Origin: a virus
Taxonomy: Duplodnaviria > Caudoviricetes
Direction: 5' to 3' (one strand)
Length of the DNA: 47,343 bases
Virus record (IMG/VR): IMGVR_UViG_3300011443_000399
Location: 1 to 47,343 of that record
Shown here: positions 46,190-47,343 of the stretch, piece by piece
Position numbering within the stretch: the first letter of the stretch is position 1
How the letters are laid out: every line of letters begins with the position of its first letter
Position numbers and translations under genes: made by a program
Notes under the pieces: model-generated
The model's database searches: none
Seen by the model: only the letters and a program-made list of their open reading frames with translations
Told to the model about the DNA's origin: nothing

Positions 46190-47343
46190 TCACGCCCGGA
46201 TGTTTTCAAGGCACTCCTTTGCAAGAGCGAGTTGATCGCCGTCAGCCGACTTGATCCTTAAAATGCCACTCGGCGAAAAGGTCGCGCCTTCAACGTCGGC
46301 CAAAAACTGCATGAGCCTTTCAGGTGCCACGCGCGCATTTTCGCCGAGCTTGATCGCGATCTCGCCGCCTGCTTTGTCGATGGAAACGATCGCCATTTTT
46401 TCCGCGAGCTTTCGCAGACGGCCATACTCGAAAAGACTCTCGACGGCGCGCGGAATCCGTCCGTAACGGTCCTCGATCTCGGCGTGTATCTGCATCAGCA
46501 CGTCCTCGTTCTCGGCAGACGAAATTCGCTTGTATGTCCTCAGCCGCTGGCTCGCCTCGGCAATATAGTCTTTCGGAATTGCGACGTCGACCCCAAGGTT
46601 TATCGAAACACTCACTTCGTCCGCGATCTCGTCACCGCGAAGCTCAGCGATCGTTCGCTCGAGCATCTTGGTGTACAGGTCGAAACCAAGCGCGTCGAGA
46701 TGACCCGACTGCTGACCGCCGAGGATATTGCCGGCGCCGCGCAATTCCAGATCGAGCGCCGCGAGACGAAATCCCGCGCCCAGATCTGAAAATTCGCGGA
46801 TCGCGCTCAACCTGCGCCGCGCGATCGGCGTCAGCTCTAACTCACTTGGTATCAACAGATACGCGTATGCACGACGGTTCGAGCGGCCGACGCGGCCACG
46901 CAATTGATAGAGTTGCGACAGGCCGTAATTATCTGCCCGATTGATGATGATCGTGTTGGCACGCGGTATGTCGATGCCGTTCTCGATGATCGTCGTCGCG
47001 ACCAAAACGTCGTACTTGAAGTCGATAAAATCGAGCATCACCTGCTCCATTTCCTTCTCATTCATCTGTCCGTGACCGATGGCGATGCGGGCGTTGGGCA
47101 CGATCTTTTGTATGAGCGCGGCGATCGGTTCTATCGATTCGACACGATTGTGAATAAAAAAGATCTGGCCGCTGCGTGCGAGCTCAAGCTCGATAGCCGA
47201 CCGGATCACGTTCTCAGAAAACTGCACGACCTGTGTGTTGATCGCGAGTCGATCACGCGGCGGCGTCTCGATGATCGACATATCGAGCATTCCAAGAAGC
47301 GACATATTGAGCGTGCGAGGTATCGGCGTTGCTGATAATGTCA
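46190..47343 (-). CDS. mfd: Transcription-repair coupling factor, C-terminal part (5' end outside window)
   Basis: LSATPIPRT, TTIIENGIDIP, QLRGRVGRS, DLELRGAGNILG, TRCF C-domain. Confidence 0.96.
   Translation of the reverse strand, partial: TLSATPIPRTLNMSLLGMLDMSIIETPPRDRLAINTQVVQFSENVIRSAIELELARSGQIFFIHNRVESIEPIAALIQKIVPNARIAIGHGQMNEKEMEQVMLDFIDFKYDVLVATTIIENGIDIPRANTIIINRADNYGLSQLYQLRGRVGRSNRRAYAYLLIPSELELTPIARRRLSAIREFSDLGAGFRLAALDLELRGAGNILGGQQSGHLDALGFDLYTKMLERTIAELRGDEIADEVSVSINLGVDVAIPKDYIAEASQRLRTYKRISSAENEDVLMQIHAEIEDRYGRIPRAVESLFEYGRLRKLAEKMAIVSIDKAGGEIAIKLGENARVAPERLMQFLADVEGATFSPSGILRIKSADGDQLALAKECLENIRA

Noticed and set aside
442-47343. Frequent GCGATCGC/CGATCG (HIP1-like)
   Set aside because: Plausibly explained by GCG-ATC-GCN codon usage, and CGATCG also occurs in host mfd; enrichment cannot be shown without a codon-aware count.

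Overview
Nearly the whole window (442-46114, about 45.7 kb) is an apparently complete transposable (Mu-like, B3/BcepMu-type layout) prophage with TG...CA ends and paired terminal repeats. A leftward early operon encodes a DDE transposase, an AAA ATPase, an orphan ParB, GemA-like and sigma-region-4 proteins. A central immunity region holds an XRE repressor, a stand-alone S24/UmuD-like peptidase and morons. A rightward late operon encodes a Gam-like protein, tRNA-fMet, lysis, terminase, head and siphovirus-type tail genes, and ends in a NuiA-like nuclease inhibitor. The host flanks are a truncated alpha-2-macroglobulin-family gene (left) and mfd (right); they do not match and there is no target duplication. 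Best novel-system candidate: a GTTGAC-N3-GTCAAC palindrome at both ends, the genome centre and four other sites, together with the orphan ParB, possibly a parS-like end-synapsis system. Also notable: a probable portal-to-minor-head -1 frameshift, the NuiA homologue in the position Mu uses for mom, an IHF-centred enhancer-like element and dispersed TTTGAAA heptamer arrays. All protein calls come from motif recognition by eye; no searches were run.
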